A DNA stretch of 64,000 bases from a virus. Taxonomy: Duplodnaviria > Caudoviricetes. Under the pieces are notes generated by a model. That model was not told the DNA's origin, did no database searches, and worked only from the letters and a program-made list of their open reading frames with translations. The translations under genes were made by a program, and so were the position numbers. Below, in pieces: positions 46,453 to 56,140 of the stretch. The stretch covers positions 1 through 64,000 of IMG/VR virus record IMGVR_UViG_3300029288_000107, one strand, 5' to 3'. Each line of letters opens with the position of its first letter. The first letter of the stretch is position 1.

Positions 46453-46671
46453 ATGACGGATCGAGTGAGCGGCTTGACGGTGATCTTGGACAAGGACGTG
46501 CGGGAGGACGACGTGGACGGTCTGGCGCAGGCGATCGGTCACATGCGGGGCGTGATCAAGGTGACGAAGGAGACGGCGGCGCCGTTCCCGGAGTCGGTGG
46601 CGCGGGCGCGGCTCGCGGAGGATCTGGCGGGGCGTTTTAGGGCCATCCTGGACGATCTGTGGAGGGTCTGA
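46453..46671 (+). CDS. hypothetical protein
   Basis: MTDR...LTV.L.KD.REDD....AI..MRGV..V. Confidence 0.65.
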   Translation: MTDRVSGLTVILDKDVREDDVDGLAQAIGHMRGVIKVTKETAAPFPESVARARLAEDLAGRFRAILDDLWRV

Positions 46672-47036
46672 TGGCGGCGTTCGACGGCCCGACCTGCGAC
46701 TACAACACGACGAGGTGCTACCACGTGCCGTACGGGGTGACGGTGTCGCGCACGGACGACGTGACGCGGGCCACTAGCACGGTGCCGTGGGACGACGTGG
46801 TGGTGAACAACACGACGGCGACGTGGCCGAGCGCGGAGATCGACCTGGACCTGCCCGCGTTCGAGCCTCCGAAGCGGCCGGTGGCGCTGCGCACGAGCGT
46901 GCGTGAGGTGGTGAGCGCGATGCTGTCGCCGAAGACAGTGGATCGGGTGACGCAGGTGGCATGGACGCGGGGGCGGGCGCCGCGAGGCTGTAGCTTCCGC
47001 ACGCTGCGGTGCTGGGGAACGGATCGGAGGAGGTAG
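46671..47036 (+). CDS. hypothetical protein
   Basis: TGATG overlap. Confidence 0.45.
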   Translation: MAAFDGPTCDYNTTRCYHVPYGVTVSRTDDVTRATSTVPWDDVVVNNTTATWPSAEIDLDLPAFEPPKRPVALRTSVREVVSAMLSPKTVDRVTQVAWTRGRAPRGCSFRTLRCWGTDRRR

Positions 47037-47037
47037 G

Positions 47038-47466
47038 ATGTCGAGCGAGAACGTACAGGGCATGCGGGACCGGTTGGAGCGCTTCATCAAGGCCATGCAG
47101 TCGGTGGGGGACGCCGTGGACGGGCGAACGACAGCGGAGCCGCCGTCCTTCCTGCTGCGCGTGCTGGCCATCGTGGACACGGCGCTGGCGCAGCTGCCGT
47201 TCCGGGAGGGGGATCGCGTGGCGCTGGTGCGGGACCTCCAGATCCCAAGGAACGATGGCTGGTACCACTGCCGCCACTTCCTCGTGCAGGGCGCGGTGGG
47301 CACGGTGCGCGAGGTGGTGCACAGCGGGGGCGACCACTTCACGTTCTACGTGCGCTTCGACGACGAGTCGTGGGTTGACGATCGCGGCGAGGTGCACGCC
47401 ACGGCGGAGGAGAACCGCCACGTGTTCGGGTTCCGCGAGGGCGAGTTGCGGCGCCACGGCATCTGA
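47038..47466 (+). CDS. hypothetical protein with SH3-like domain
   Basis: PFREGDRV...GTVREV...VRFD. Confidence 0.65.
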   Translation: MSSENVQGMRDRLERFIKAMQSVGDAVDGRTTAEPPSFLLRVLAIVDTALAQLPFREGDRVALVRDLQIPRNDGWYHCRHFLVQGAVGTVREVVHSGGDHFTFYVRFDDESWVDDRGEVHATAEENRHVFGFREGELRRHGI

Positions 47467-47473
47467 ACCGCTG

Positions 47474-47501
47474 TTGCCGGGACCGTGCATGGTGTTATAG
47501 T
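47474..47501 (+). promoter_or_regulatory. promoter for the terminase/head operon
   Basis: TTGCCG, 16 bp spacer ending GTGT, TATAGT 47496-47501; same geometry as the promoter family. Confidence 0.6.
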
Positions 47502-47509
47502 GTGAAGTC

Positions 47510-49561
47510 GTGACGGTGATCCGCACACAGGAGGGGCGCCGCAAGAGCGTGCTGCGCCCGCAGGACGCGGCGAGCGTGCTGGCCCGGCAGATTGGCACCA
47601 TGCCGCCGGGCGAGGTGGCGCTGCTGGATCTCGTGATCGCGGACCGTGTGGCCCATCAGAAGGTGGAGGCGGCCCGCTGGCGTCGCAAGCCAGTGTCCAC
47701 GGCGCAGTTTCTGGAGGATCCGTACTTTCTCGGCGATTCCTGTCGCACATTGTTCCCGGCCCTTCGGGAGGACCTGATCCGGCTGTTCGAGGGAGGGTAC
47801 CGGGAGATCATCGCTGGTGGAGCCATCGGTGTGGGCAAAACCATGATGTCGACGCTGGTGCTGTGTCGCGTGCTCTACGAGTTGAGCTGCATGGCGTCGC
47901 CGCACGCGGCCTTCGGGCTGTCTCCTGGGAGCGAGATCCTGATCCCGCTGGTGTCCAAGAACTTGTTGCTCACGCGCCGTGTCATCAAGAGTGCTGTGGA
48001 CGACAAGCTCAAGCTGTCGCCCTACTTCTTGAACGAGTTCACGCCGCAGTTCCGGACGGAGGAGACGATCTTCCCCGGTAACATCCGCATGGTGGTTGGG
48101 TCATATGGTGCAGAGCGTGTATTGGGTGGAAACGTTGCGGCAGCTTATTTGGACGAAACAAATTTCCCCCCTGGTACGCGCAAGCAGGTCATCACGCAGA
48201 CGTTGGGCAAGAAGGTCAGCGAGGCGCACTTCGACGTGGTGGAGAAGGTCTACACGAATCTGATGACGCGCATCAAAAGCCGCCTCATGCGCAGCGGGGG
48301 CGACACGCCGGGGCTGATCATCTTGACGTCGTCGGCGGGAACGATCAATTCGTTCATTGATCGGCGGGTCAAGGAGGCCGAGAACGACCCGCTGTGTTTC
48401 GTGCGCGACCACACGTCGTGGACGGCGCGGCCCAAAAGCCACTTCTGCGGGAAGACGTTCCGGGTCGTGTGCGGGACGTCCTCCGTGCAGTCGAAGATCC
48501 TCGATGACAACGAGGAGGTGGACCATGGGCAGCTGGAGCGGCAGAATTCGTTCGTGGTCGAGGTGCCGGTGGAGTTCAAGCGCGACTTCGAACTGAACCT
48601 GGAGGACTCGCTGCGGGACATCGCGGGCATATCGACGCAGGCGATCTCGGCCTACATCCAGCGCGTGGAGGCGTTGGAGGATGCCGTGCGAGACGATCGC
48701 ACGCACCCGTGGGGGAAGGAGGCGTGGATCGCGGGTACACCCATGACCTTCCGCTGGGACCTGTTGTGCCAGGAGGTGGAGCACAGCGTAGCGGGGGGGA
48801 AGAAGGAACTGCTGTGGCAGCCGCTGAGAAATCCGAGTGCGCCGCGCTGGATTCACATCGACACCTCGCTGTCGGGGGATGCGACGGGGATCACTATGGC
48901 GCACATCGCGAGGTTCATGGAGGTGCAGCGGCGCATGCCGGACGGTCGCCCCGTGGTGGAGTTGGCGCCGTTCTATGTGGTGGACTTCATGCTGTGCATC
49001 CGGCCGCCGAGCGGGGAGCAGATCTTCCTCGGGGACGTGCGGCAAATCGTGTACGAGTTGCAGAACCACGGCTACTACATCATGGGGTTGAGCACGGACC
49101 AGTTCCAAGCGGCCGATCTGCGGCAGCAGGTCACGCGGACGGCGGGCATCAAGACTGTGCTTCAGTCGGTGGACTTGACTACGGCGCCATACGATACGTT
49201 AAAGGGGGCGATCTACGAGGGGCGGCTGGAGTTGTACCGGTACGAGCCGCTGCTTGAGGAGCTTCGGGCGCTAGAGTATGATCGCGAGCGAGGGAAAGTT
49301 GACCACCCGAAGCATGTCGGGAAAGACGTGGCGGACAGTTTGGCGGGCGCAATTTTTGGACTGGCACAGAACGCGAGCCGAATGCCGGTGATGCGGAGCG
49401 TGGAGGACGTGGAGGCGCCGCCGACGGAGCAGGATGTCATGGGTCGCATCGTGAGCGGCGGCCAGGTGAAGGGGCCGGTGGACGCGGATGAGATGCGGGC
49501 GCGGCAGGAGGCGGAGCAGGCGGTAGGGCCCATCGCGGTGCCCTTCCTGTTCGGGGACTGA
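47510..49561 (+). CDS. terL: terminase large subunit
   Basis: Walker A GGAIGVGKT, Walker B AYLDE, LTSS, RNase H IHIDTSLSGD, STDQFQ, DHP...KDVADS; upstream of portal. Confidence 0.9.
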   Translation: MTVIRTQEGRRKSVLRPQDAASVLARQIGTMPPGEVALLDLVIADRVAHQKVEAARWRRKPVSTAQFLEDPYFLGDSCRTLFPALREDLIRLFEGGYREIIAGGAIGVGKTMMSTLVLCRVLYELSCMASPHAAFGLSPGSEILIPLVSKNLLLTRRVIKSAVDDKLKLSPYFLNEFTPQFRTEETIFPGNIRMVVGSYGAERVLGGNVAAAYLDETNFPPGTRKQVITQTLGKKVSEAHFDVVEKVYTNLMTRIKSRLMRSGGDTPGLIILTSSAGTINSFIDRRVKEAENDPLCFVRDHTSWTARPKSHFCGKTFRVVCGTSSVQSKILDDNEEVDHGQLERQNSFVVEVPVEFKRDFELNLEDSLRDIAGISTQAISAYIQRVEALEDAVRDDRTHPWGKEAWIAGTPMTFRWDLLCQEVEHSVAGGKKELLWQPLRNPSAPRWIHIDTSLSGDATGITMAHIARFMEVQRRMPDGRPVVELAPFYVVDFMLCIRPPSGEQIFLGDVRQIVYELQNHGYYIMGLSTDQFQAADLRQQVTRTAGIKTVLQSVDLTTAPYDTLKGAIYEGRLELYRYEPLLEELRALEYDRERGKVDHPKHVGKDVADSLAGAIFGLAQNASRMPVMRSVEDVEAPPTEQDVMGRIVSGGQVKGPVDADEMRARQEAEQAVGPIAVPFLFGD

Positions 49562-49592
49562 GCGACGCACGCGCGTGCGCGAGAGGTAGCGG

Positions 49593-51314
49593 ATGGCCAA
49601 GTGGACCGATCGGGTGCGTTCGTGGTGGCGGGGCCGCGGCAGCAGCGATGAGCTGGCTGAGGTGGCGCGCGGCGTAGGGCAGGGCAGCCCGGACGCGCTG
49701 CGTGTGCTGCCGCCGGACGCGGGGCCGGTAGTCACGCCCATGCTGCACGCGGATGGCCTCACGGACGGCATGGGGGCCATGCTCAGCGTGGGCACCGACC
49801 TACTGAGCAAATACATCGACATCGAATTGATGGACGAGTACCCTCCTCTGAGCGCGACCCTCGACGTCTACGCCGATGACGCCACGGTGCAGGACGTGCA
49901 GCGGGGCCACACTATCTGGGCCACCGGCAACGAGAAGCTGGCCCGGGACCTCGCGAACGACATGCTGTACCGCATCTTGCGCATCGACGACGACGCGTGG
50001 GGGGCCATGCGGACGATGGTCAAGTACGGAAATACCCCGGCAGAGATCGTGGCAAACGAGCGCGGCGTTCTGGGTCTCAACTTCCTGCCGCCCGCGTCGG
50101 TGCGCAAGGTGCTGGACCACAAGGGGGCGGTGGTCGGCTACGTGCAATCGGTGAGCGCGGCGGGCTTCGCGGCGGTGACCAGCGAGAGCTTCCCCAAGTT
50201 GCTGAAGGAGCGGGCGGCGGGCCCCAACAAGGACGGGGTGGTGGTGTTCGCGCCGTGGGAGGTCGTGTGGTGGCAGATGCCCGCCAAGCAGAGCCGGGCG
50301 CCGTACGGGGAGTCGGTGCTGAGCGCGGCGCGCTGGGCCTGGAAGCGGCTCATCATGCTGGAGGACGCCGCGGTGCAGATGCGGCTTACGAAGGCGCCTT
50401 CGAGATATGCAGTATATGTGGAATGTGGCCACATGCCGCCGAACCAGCAGTTGGCCTACCTGCGCAACGTCAAGAACCAGTGGAAGAAGCGAAAGGTGGT
50501 AGACCCGTCCACGGGGCAGCTCGATTTCCGGCCGAATCCTGCCGGGCTCGACGAGGACCTGTTCATCCCGGTGGTGGACGGGCGCGAGGCGACGCGGGTC
50601 GACGTGCTGAACGGCATCGACTTCAACATCATCGACGATCTGGAGTACTTCCGGGGGCAGATGATGAGCGCGACTCACGTGCCGAAGTCGTACATCTTCC
50701 AGACCGATGAGGTCACGCGTGCAAGTTTGTCACAATCCGATGTGATGTTCGCGCGGACGGCCATGCGGGTGCAGCGCCAGTTCATGGCGGGGATTCGGCA
50801 GGTGCAGCGGCTGCACTTCGCGCTGTTGGGGGTGGACCCGGACCAGGTGGAGTTGGACTTCGACATGACCGTGCCGTCGAGTGTGCTGGAGATGTCGCAG
50901 ATCGAGTCGGGCAACGCGCGGGCCGCGCTGGCGGCGGCGGTGGCCGACTTCTACGATCGCAAGACCATCCTGACGGAGGTGCTGGGCAAGAGCGAGGCGG
51001 AGGCCGAGACCATCATGCGGGCGCGCAAGAACGACTACGCCAACCAGGTCAGTCTGGAGGCGGCTGGGCAGCAGGCCATGATGGGCGGGGAGGCTGCGTT
51101 CGGGGGCGAGGCGGGCGCTGAGGGCGGCGCGCTGCCCACGCTGCCAGGCGAGGAGGCAGAGGGCGAGGAGGCGGCGGCCACGGAGGCGCTCCGGAAGCGG
51201 CTGGACAGGTTGGTGGAGGACGTGGAGCACTTGAACGGGGCGGTGCGGCGCACGGAGGATAACGTGCGGCGCCTGCCGCGGGTGCTGGCGCGATCGGCGC
51301 GGGGCCGGGGCTAG
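49593..51314 (+). CDS. portal protein (T4 gp20-like)
   Basis: YGESVL..AR..WK.L...EDA, R..KAP.R...YV..G.MP, DEDLFIP, DDLEYFR. Confidence 0.92.
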   Translation: MAKWTDRVRSWWRGRGSSDELAEVARGVGQGSPDALRVLPPDAGPVVTPMLHADGLTDGMGAMLSVGTDLLSKYIDIELMDEYPPLSATLDVYADDATVQDVQRGHTIWATGNEKLARDLANDMLYRILRIDDDAWGAMRTMVKYGNTPAEIVANERGVLGLNFLPPASVRKVLDHKGAVVGYVQSVSAAGFAAVTSESFPKLLKERAAGPNKDGVVVFAPWEVVWWQMPAKQSRAPYGESVLSAARWAWKRLIMLEDAAVQMRLTKAPSRYAVYVECGHMPPNQQLAYLRNVKNQWKKRKVVDPSTGQLDFRPNPAGLDEDLFIPVVDGREATRVDVLNGIDFNIIDDLEYFRGQMMSATHVPKSYIFQTDEVTRASLSQSDVMFARTAMRVQRQFMAGIRQVQRLHFALLGVDPDQVELDFDMTVPSSVLEMSQIESGNARAALAAAVADFYDRKTILTEVLGKSEAEAETIMRARKNDYANQVSLEAAGQQAMMGGEAAFGGEAGAEGGALPTLPGEEAEGEEAAATEALRKRLDRLVEDVEHLNGAVRRTEDNVRRLPRVLARSARGRG

Positions 51315-51317
51315 ACC

Positions 51318-52049
51318 ATGGGGCTCCGGGCGCTGCTGGCCGTGGTGGAGGCCACCTACGCGCGTGACGCGAGCGTGCGTGAGCAAGCGGAGCGCTTCTA
51401 CAAGGACCTGTACGACTATCTGAACGTGGAGAAGGACGTGCTGGAGCGGCGGCTCACGCCGGGCAAGAACGGCGTGTTCAGCGTCATGGCGCGGGCCTTC
51501 ACGGACGTGGGGCCCGCGAACCTGATCGTGGTGTTCGCCACGTCGGTGGGTGGGCGCAAGGGTGGCACGGGGAAGCTGGGCCATATGGACGCGATGGTGA
51601 TCAACGCGTTGCTGGCACCGGGGGATCTGGCACACCTACAAAGCCGTGTGCAGAAGAACGTTGTGGTTCACGAGATGGTTCACATCCTGGACCCGGGGCG
51701 TCGCAAGGGCCAGATGAGCGCGAAGGCGGTGGAGCGCGGCGACGTGGCGGGCTACTACAACGAGCCCGGCGAGTGGAACGCGTACTGGCAGGAGGGGGCG
51801 TCGCAGCTGGAGCGGATGCTGCGCACGCTGACCAACAATGCCGGTCTGGATCCGGACTCGCGGTCGAAGGCGTTGGACTTCATGTTCGGGGACGGGAGCC
51901 TGCGATCCTTGCAGGGCAAGGTGGAGCGGTTCTGGGACGTTGACTTCCTGGACGCGATGGACGCCAAGGTGCGGCGCAAGTTCGACAAGCGGCTGGCGGC
52001 GCTGTGGGCCGCGTTGCGCGAGCAGGGGATGCTGCGGGGCGCGCCATGA
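51318..52049 (+). CDS. putative internal head protein with HExxH metallopeptidase motif
   Basis: VVHEMVH...YYN.P.E.NAY; N-terminus MGLRALLAVVE. Confidence 0.65.
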   Translation: MGLRALLAVVEATYARDASVREQAERFYKDLYDYLNVEKDVLERRLTPGKNGVFSVMARAFTDVGPANLIVVFATSVGGRKGGTGKLGHMDAMVINALLAPGDLAHLQSRVQKNVVVHEMVHILDPGRRKGQMSAKAVERGDVAGYYNEPGEWNAYWQEGASQLERMLRTLTNNAGLDPDSRSKALDFMFGDGSLRSLQGKVERFWDVDFLDAMDAKVRRKFDKRLAALWAALREQGMLRGAP

Positions 52050-52777
52050 GTCTGCGCGGCCTTGCTCAACTGTTGGAGGGATCGACGGCTTCGCCCGAGG
52101 TGGAGGCCCTCGTCACGGAGATGATGCCGGTGCTGTCGCGGGGGCTGCCGCGGCCGATCATCCGCATGGTGGAGAAGCTGGGGGTGAAGTGGCTGGGTGA
52201 GTGCCGGTACAAGGTGGGCGACGCCACCACGACCATCTCCGTGCAGCGGTTCGTGGCTGGGGATGAGCCGACGCTGCGGCGCGTGATCGCGCACGAGTTG
52301 TGCCACCACGAGGACTTGTTGGCGGGGTGGGATGAAGCGGCGGCGAAGGGCTGGTCAACCGAGACCTTCCTCATGGATCGCAAGATTGAGAGCAAGGGGC
52401 ACGGGCCCGAGTGGCAGGCCATCGCGGCGGAGTTCAACCATCGGTACGGTGCGGGCTTCGTGACGCCCAAGAGCGACGAAAGCTACGCCAAGCAGTCGGC
52501 CACGCGGGACGCGCTGCTGTTGCTGTGGCAGAACGGGGCGCGTCTCATGTGGGCGGTCAGCGTGCGGCCCAGCGCGCGGCAGCGAGCGTACATCGAAAAG
52601 AAGCTGGGCGGCATCGACGGCCCGAGTATGCGGCTGGTGGCGACGCGCGACGTGGATCTGATACAGGGCGGCCCGCGGCCGGGTGATGGGTTCGCGTACT
52701 CCCACGACGTGCGGGTCAACGAGAAGCTGCTGCGGGCGTGGGAGGACGGGAAGAGGGTAGATCTGGCCGATGTGTAG
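52046..52777 (+). CDS. SprT-like metalloprotease, putative internal head protein
   Basis: LGEC, IAHELCH, GHGPEWQ; N-terminus MSLRGLAQLLE. Confidence 0.75.
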   Translation: MSLRGLAQLLEGSTASPEVEALVTEMMPVLSRGLPRPIIRMVEKLGVKWLGECRYKVGDATTTISVQRFVAGDEPTLRRVIAHELCHHEDLLAGWDEAAAKGWSTETFLMDRKIESKGHGPEWQAIAAEFNHRYGAGFVTPKSDESYAKQSATRDALLLLWQNGARLMWAVSVRPSARQRAYIEKKLGGIDGPSMRLVATRDVDLIQGGPRPGDGFAYSHDVRVNEKLLRAWEDGKRVDLADV

Positions 52778-52787
52778 GAGGCGTGAC

Positions 52788-53321
52788 ATGAGCTTGAGGG
52801 AATTGCGGCGGGACGTCGAGGAGCGGGCGCTGGACGAGGGGCTGGTGGGCAGCATCCTGCGCGGGGCCGGGCGGATCCTCGCGGCGCCGTTCGGCTCGGT
52901 AGCGAGGTCGGCGGAGGCGGCGGCCAAGCGGGCCAAGAACGCCAAGGCGAAGGGCAAGGTGGCAGCGAAGCCGGGGACGAAGGCGAAGCCGAAGGCGGGA
53001 CAGAAGGCGTCGGGGCAGCCCAAGGGGGCTCCCAAGCTGCCAGCGAAGGGCAAGAAGAAGGCGGCTGCCGGGGCGGTGCGGTCGCTGCGACGTGCCTCCA
53101 CGACGCAGTTGGAGCGCACGGCGAAGCGGGCGAAGAACCCGCAGATGCGGGTGGCGGCCAAGCGGGAGCTGGCGCGGCGCAAGGCGGGGCGGGGCAAGCA
53201 GGCGGTAGTCGCGAAGTCGGGGACGCAGGCGAAGCCGAAGCCGAAGGCGGGGCCGAGCCTCGCGAGCCGGGTGCGCGGCGCGCTGGCGGGCGCCAAGACG
53301 GGCTGGAAGGGGTCGCGCTGA
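52788..53321 (+). CDS. Lys/Ala/Arg-rich basic protein (putative DNA-condensing core protein)
   Basis: Histone-like composition after MSLRELRRDVEERALDE. Confidence 0.65.
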   Translation: MSLRELRRDVEERALDEGLVGSILRGAGRILAAPFGSVARSAEAAAKRAKNAKAKGKVAAKPGTKAKPKAGQKASGQPKGAPKLPAKGKKKAAAGAVRSLRRASTTQLERTAKRAKNPQMRVAAKRELARRKAGRGKQAVVAKSGTQAKPKPKAGPSLASRVRGALAGAKTGWKGSR

Positions 53322-54178
53322 TGGGGCTGCGGGCCATCCGAGATCGGGCACGGGGCGGCTACCTCGCGGAGGCGCGCGGGGCGGTGGCGGTGGACGTGGC
53401 GGCCTACGCGCGGGACCTCAAGAGCTACGTGTCGCAGTTGAGCATGGGGGCCGAGCGGACGAAGCAACGGTACGACGCGGGCGATCCCGACGTGCGCGAG
53501 CGCTACAAGAACTACGCACCCAGTGGCTACCCGTGGAAGGACGCGCGCATTGACGTGGCAGATCGCGTGCGCGAGACCAAGCGCAACATGGAGGGCGTGG
53601 CGCGGCAGATCGCGGCGGCCGTGGGGCGTGTGGAGGTGTGGTCGGGAACGCCGTTGATGGTTCGGCCGAACTACAGATACAGCGAGAATCATTGGGGCGC
53701 GGAGATGCGGCCGGAGGGGGCGCCGACGGACGCCACGGTGGACTTCGTGGGGGGGCGCAACGCGCCGGGGTTCACGCTGTTCTCGGACGGGACCGTGGAC
53801 GACGTGCTGGACGCGGGGGATCGCGACTTCTTCACGGACCCGGCGGTGGAGGCGGACTACTTCGCGCTGGTGAGCGAGCTGCGCAGTCCGGGCAGCACGG
53901 CGCGGACGGGCAAGGTGGTCACGCTGTTCACGGCGCGGCCGCGCAAGGATCGGGCCCAGTACGACGGGGCTAAGGCGATCCCGCACGGCATCTTCCTGAC
54001 CACGGGAGAGGACCGCGCGTACCGGTTGGGCATGGATCTGGGCGGCGAGCGCGACGTGTACCGGGTGCGCATCGACAGTCGGCACTTGGTGCAGACCTTG
54101 GACGCGGGCGGCGTGCGCGAGTACCAGGCGGTGGGGCGCGGCACGGTGCCAGTGGTGTCGATCGATCTGGTCGCGTGA
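53321..54178 (+). CDS. putative internal head protein with a possible C-terminal ADP-ribosyltransferase-like fold
   Basis: VVTLF...GIFLTT...A...VYRVRI...REY pattern. Confidence 0.5.
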   Translation: MGLRAIRDRARGGYLAEARGAVAVDVAAYARDLKSYVSQLSMGAERTKQRYDAGDPDVRERYKNYAPSGYPWKDARIDVADRVRETKRNMEGVARQIAAAVGRVEVWSGTPLMVRPNYRYSENHWGAEMRPEGAPTDATVDFVGGRNAPGFTLFSDGTVDDVLDAGDRDFFTDPAVEADYFALVSELRSPGSTARTGKVVTLFTARPRKDRAQYDGAKAIPHGIFLTTGEDRAYRLGMDLGGERDVYRVRIDSRHLVQTLDAGGVREYQAVGRGTVPVVSIDLVA

Positions 54179-54191
54179 GAAGGAGGAAGAG

Positions 54192-55052
54192 ATGGGATTC
54201 GTACGGAAGGCAGACATCGAACGGCACCGGGCTGGGTGCCTGGAGGCGCGGGTGGCGGCGGTGCGAGAGGCGGCCGAGCGGGCACTGGGCACGGAGATCG
54301 AGGTGATCGCGACGCACGCGGACCACGCCATCGTGCGGGCGGGCAGCGCCGTGAAGCGGCTGACCTACAGCCTCGCGGAGAGCGGCGGCCTCGCGGGCGG
54401 CGTGGCGGTGGAGGACGCGGACATGGCGGCATTGGAGGGGATGGATCTGGACGCGGCGGTGGCGGAGGATCTGCGGGGCGTTGTGGCGGCCATGCTGGCG
54501 GGGCAGGCACTGCCGCGCACGCGCGTGCGTGACCTGTCGCGCATGGCGCGGCGGGATGGCGCGTACTGGCTGGGCGAGGCCGTGGCGGGGTGCGCGCGGG
54601 TCGAGGCGCCGTGGCGGAACTGGTTCGCGCCGCAGTCGGCGACGGTGCGGGAAGCGCTGCACGGGCGCATCCGGGAGATCGAGGAGCCGGTGCCGCGCCA
54701 GCGCTTCGGCAAGCTGCCGGAGGGCAAGCTGCCGGAGTACGCGGGCGAGCTGCGGGAGGGGCTGGCCGCGCTGCGCGTGGTGGCCCGGGGGCTGTTTGAC
54801 GATTTAACGGACGATGTGGCATACCAAGAGGCGGGATTGGCGGCCGTGCACCAATCGCTGCGCGATGAGGCCAGCACCATGGATCGGGGGTTGGCGTGGT
54901 TGGAGCGGATGGCGTGGGCGGGCAGGGAAGGCGTGGTGGCGACGGCTCACGATCAGATCGCAGCGACGCTGCGGGACGCGCTGGTGGTGCGGGAGCACTT
55001 GCGAACGAGAAGGAGCACGGACCATGGAGAGGAAAGTTCAGCCGCTGAGTGA
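54192..55052 (+). CDS. hypothetical head-module protein
   Basis: AGGAGG RBS; position in the head operon. Confidence 0.65.
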   Translation: MGFVRKADIERHRAGCLEARVAAVREAAERALGTEIEVIATHADHAIVRAGSAVKRLTYSLAESGGLAGGVAVEDADMAALEGMDLDAAVAEDLRGVVAAMLAGQALPRTRVRDLSRMARRDGAYWLGEAVAGCARVEAPWRNWFAPQSATVREALHGRIREIEEPVPRQRFGKLPEGKLPEYAGELREGLAALRVVARGLFDDLTDDVAYQEAGLAAVHQSLRDEASTMDRGLAWLERMAWAGREGVVATAHDQIAATLRDALVVREHLRTRRSTDHGEESSAAE

Positions 55053-56094
55053 GGACCTGACCGGGCTCGGGTTCACCGACCGGACGCCGGGGGGCGCGCA
55101 GGCGTTCGCGGGGATGATCGATCTCATCCCCGGGGCGTTCGAGCCCACGGGGGCAGCCGGAGCGCCCGCGGCGCCCGCGGCGCCGATGACGGAGGACGCA
55201 GCGCCTGGCGCGGACGCGGCCGACCCCATCGACGGGCCGGTCGTGTCGGAGCAGACGCTGGAGTGCGTCGGCGCCATCCTCGCGCACGCTCCCCTCACGG
55301 AGGACACCGAGATCGACCTGGAGGCCATGGACCCCGAGAAGCTGGAGCAGATGGGTGAGGCCATCGAGCAGCGGCTGCGCGATCTCCAGCAGGTGGTCGA
55401 CGAGATGGCCGACAAGGAGGTCCCGGCGGAGCTGGAGGAGCGCACCAGCGAGATCATGGGGCGCGTGATCACCGAGATCAAGATGCTGCGCATCCTCGGC
55501 GGCAAGGTGACCCGCGTCCTCAAGCGCATCGGCTCTGCGGCGATCAAGGCGCACCGCAAGGCCAAGATGTACTACAAGAAGAAGAAGGCCCATGTGAAGC
55601 AGCTCCGGAAGAAGGCGGGTCGCAAGGCGAAGACCAAGATCATGGCCGCCAAGACGGCGCGCAAGCGGCTCAGCATGGGGCTCAAGAGCATCGCCAAGAA
55701 GGCGGGCGGGGCCATCAAGGGCGCGCTGAGCAAGGTCCGGAAGGCCAAGGGCGGCGGCGGCCTCGTGGCGCACGAGAGCGATCTCGCGGCGCGGCTGTCG
55801 GCCCTGCTGGACGAGGGGCACCGCGAGGATCGCAGCGAGGCGCAGCGCGAGCGCGACGACCTCGTGGAGTGCATCGGCAACGTGCTGACGCTCATCGAGT
55901 GGATCACGCAGGACGACGAGGCGGTCGGCCTCATGGCCGAGGAGTACGAGCGCATCGCGGACGAGTTCTGCGCGGGCGCGCTGAACGAGGCCAAGACGGA
56001 CGAGGCGGCCTTCATCGGGCGCGTGACGCCGATCGTGCGGGCCATCGGGGCCTGCGTGGAGGAGCTGGAAAAAAACTTGGGCCGCTCCGCGTAG
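55024..56094 (+). CDS. putative prohead core protein (acidic-basic-acidic); -1 frameshift candidate extending to 56291
   Basis: Directly upstream of the protease; several LxE sites; ends GAA AAA AAC. Confidence 0.7.
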   Translation: MERKVQPLSEDLTGLGFTDRTPGGAQAFAGMIDLIPGAFEPTGAAGAPAAPAAPMTEDAAPGADAADPIDGPVVSEQTLECVGAILAHAPLTEDTEIDLEAMDPEKLEQMGEAIEQRLRDLQQVVDEMADKEVPAELEERTSEIMGRVITEIKMLRILGGKVTRVLKRIGSAAIKAHRKAKMYYKKKKAHVKQLRKKAGRKAKTKIMAAKTARKRLSMGLKSIAKKAGGAIKGALSKVRKAKGGGGLVAHESDLAARLSALLDEGHREDRSEAQRERDDLVECIGNVLTLIEWITQDDEAVGLMAEEYERIADEFCAGALNEAKTDEAAFIGRVTPIVRAIGACVEELEKNLGRSA

Positions 56095-56140
56095 CGCAGG
56101 AGGCGCGGGGCTCCGGTTGGGCGCGGACCCGGTCGGAGCG
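56070..56140 (+). other. candidate -1 programmed ribosomal frameshift signal
   Basis: A AAA AAC at 56070-56076, upstream GGAGG, downstream stem 56084-56111. Confidence 0.65.
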
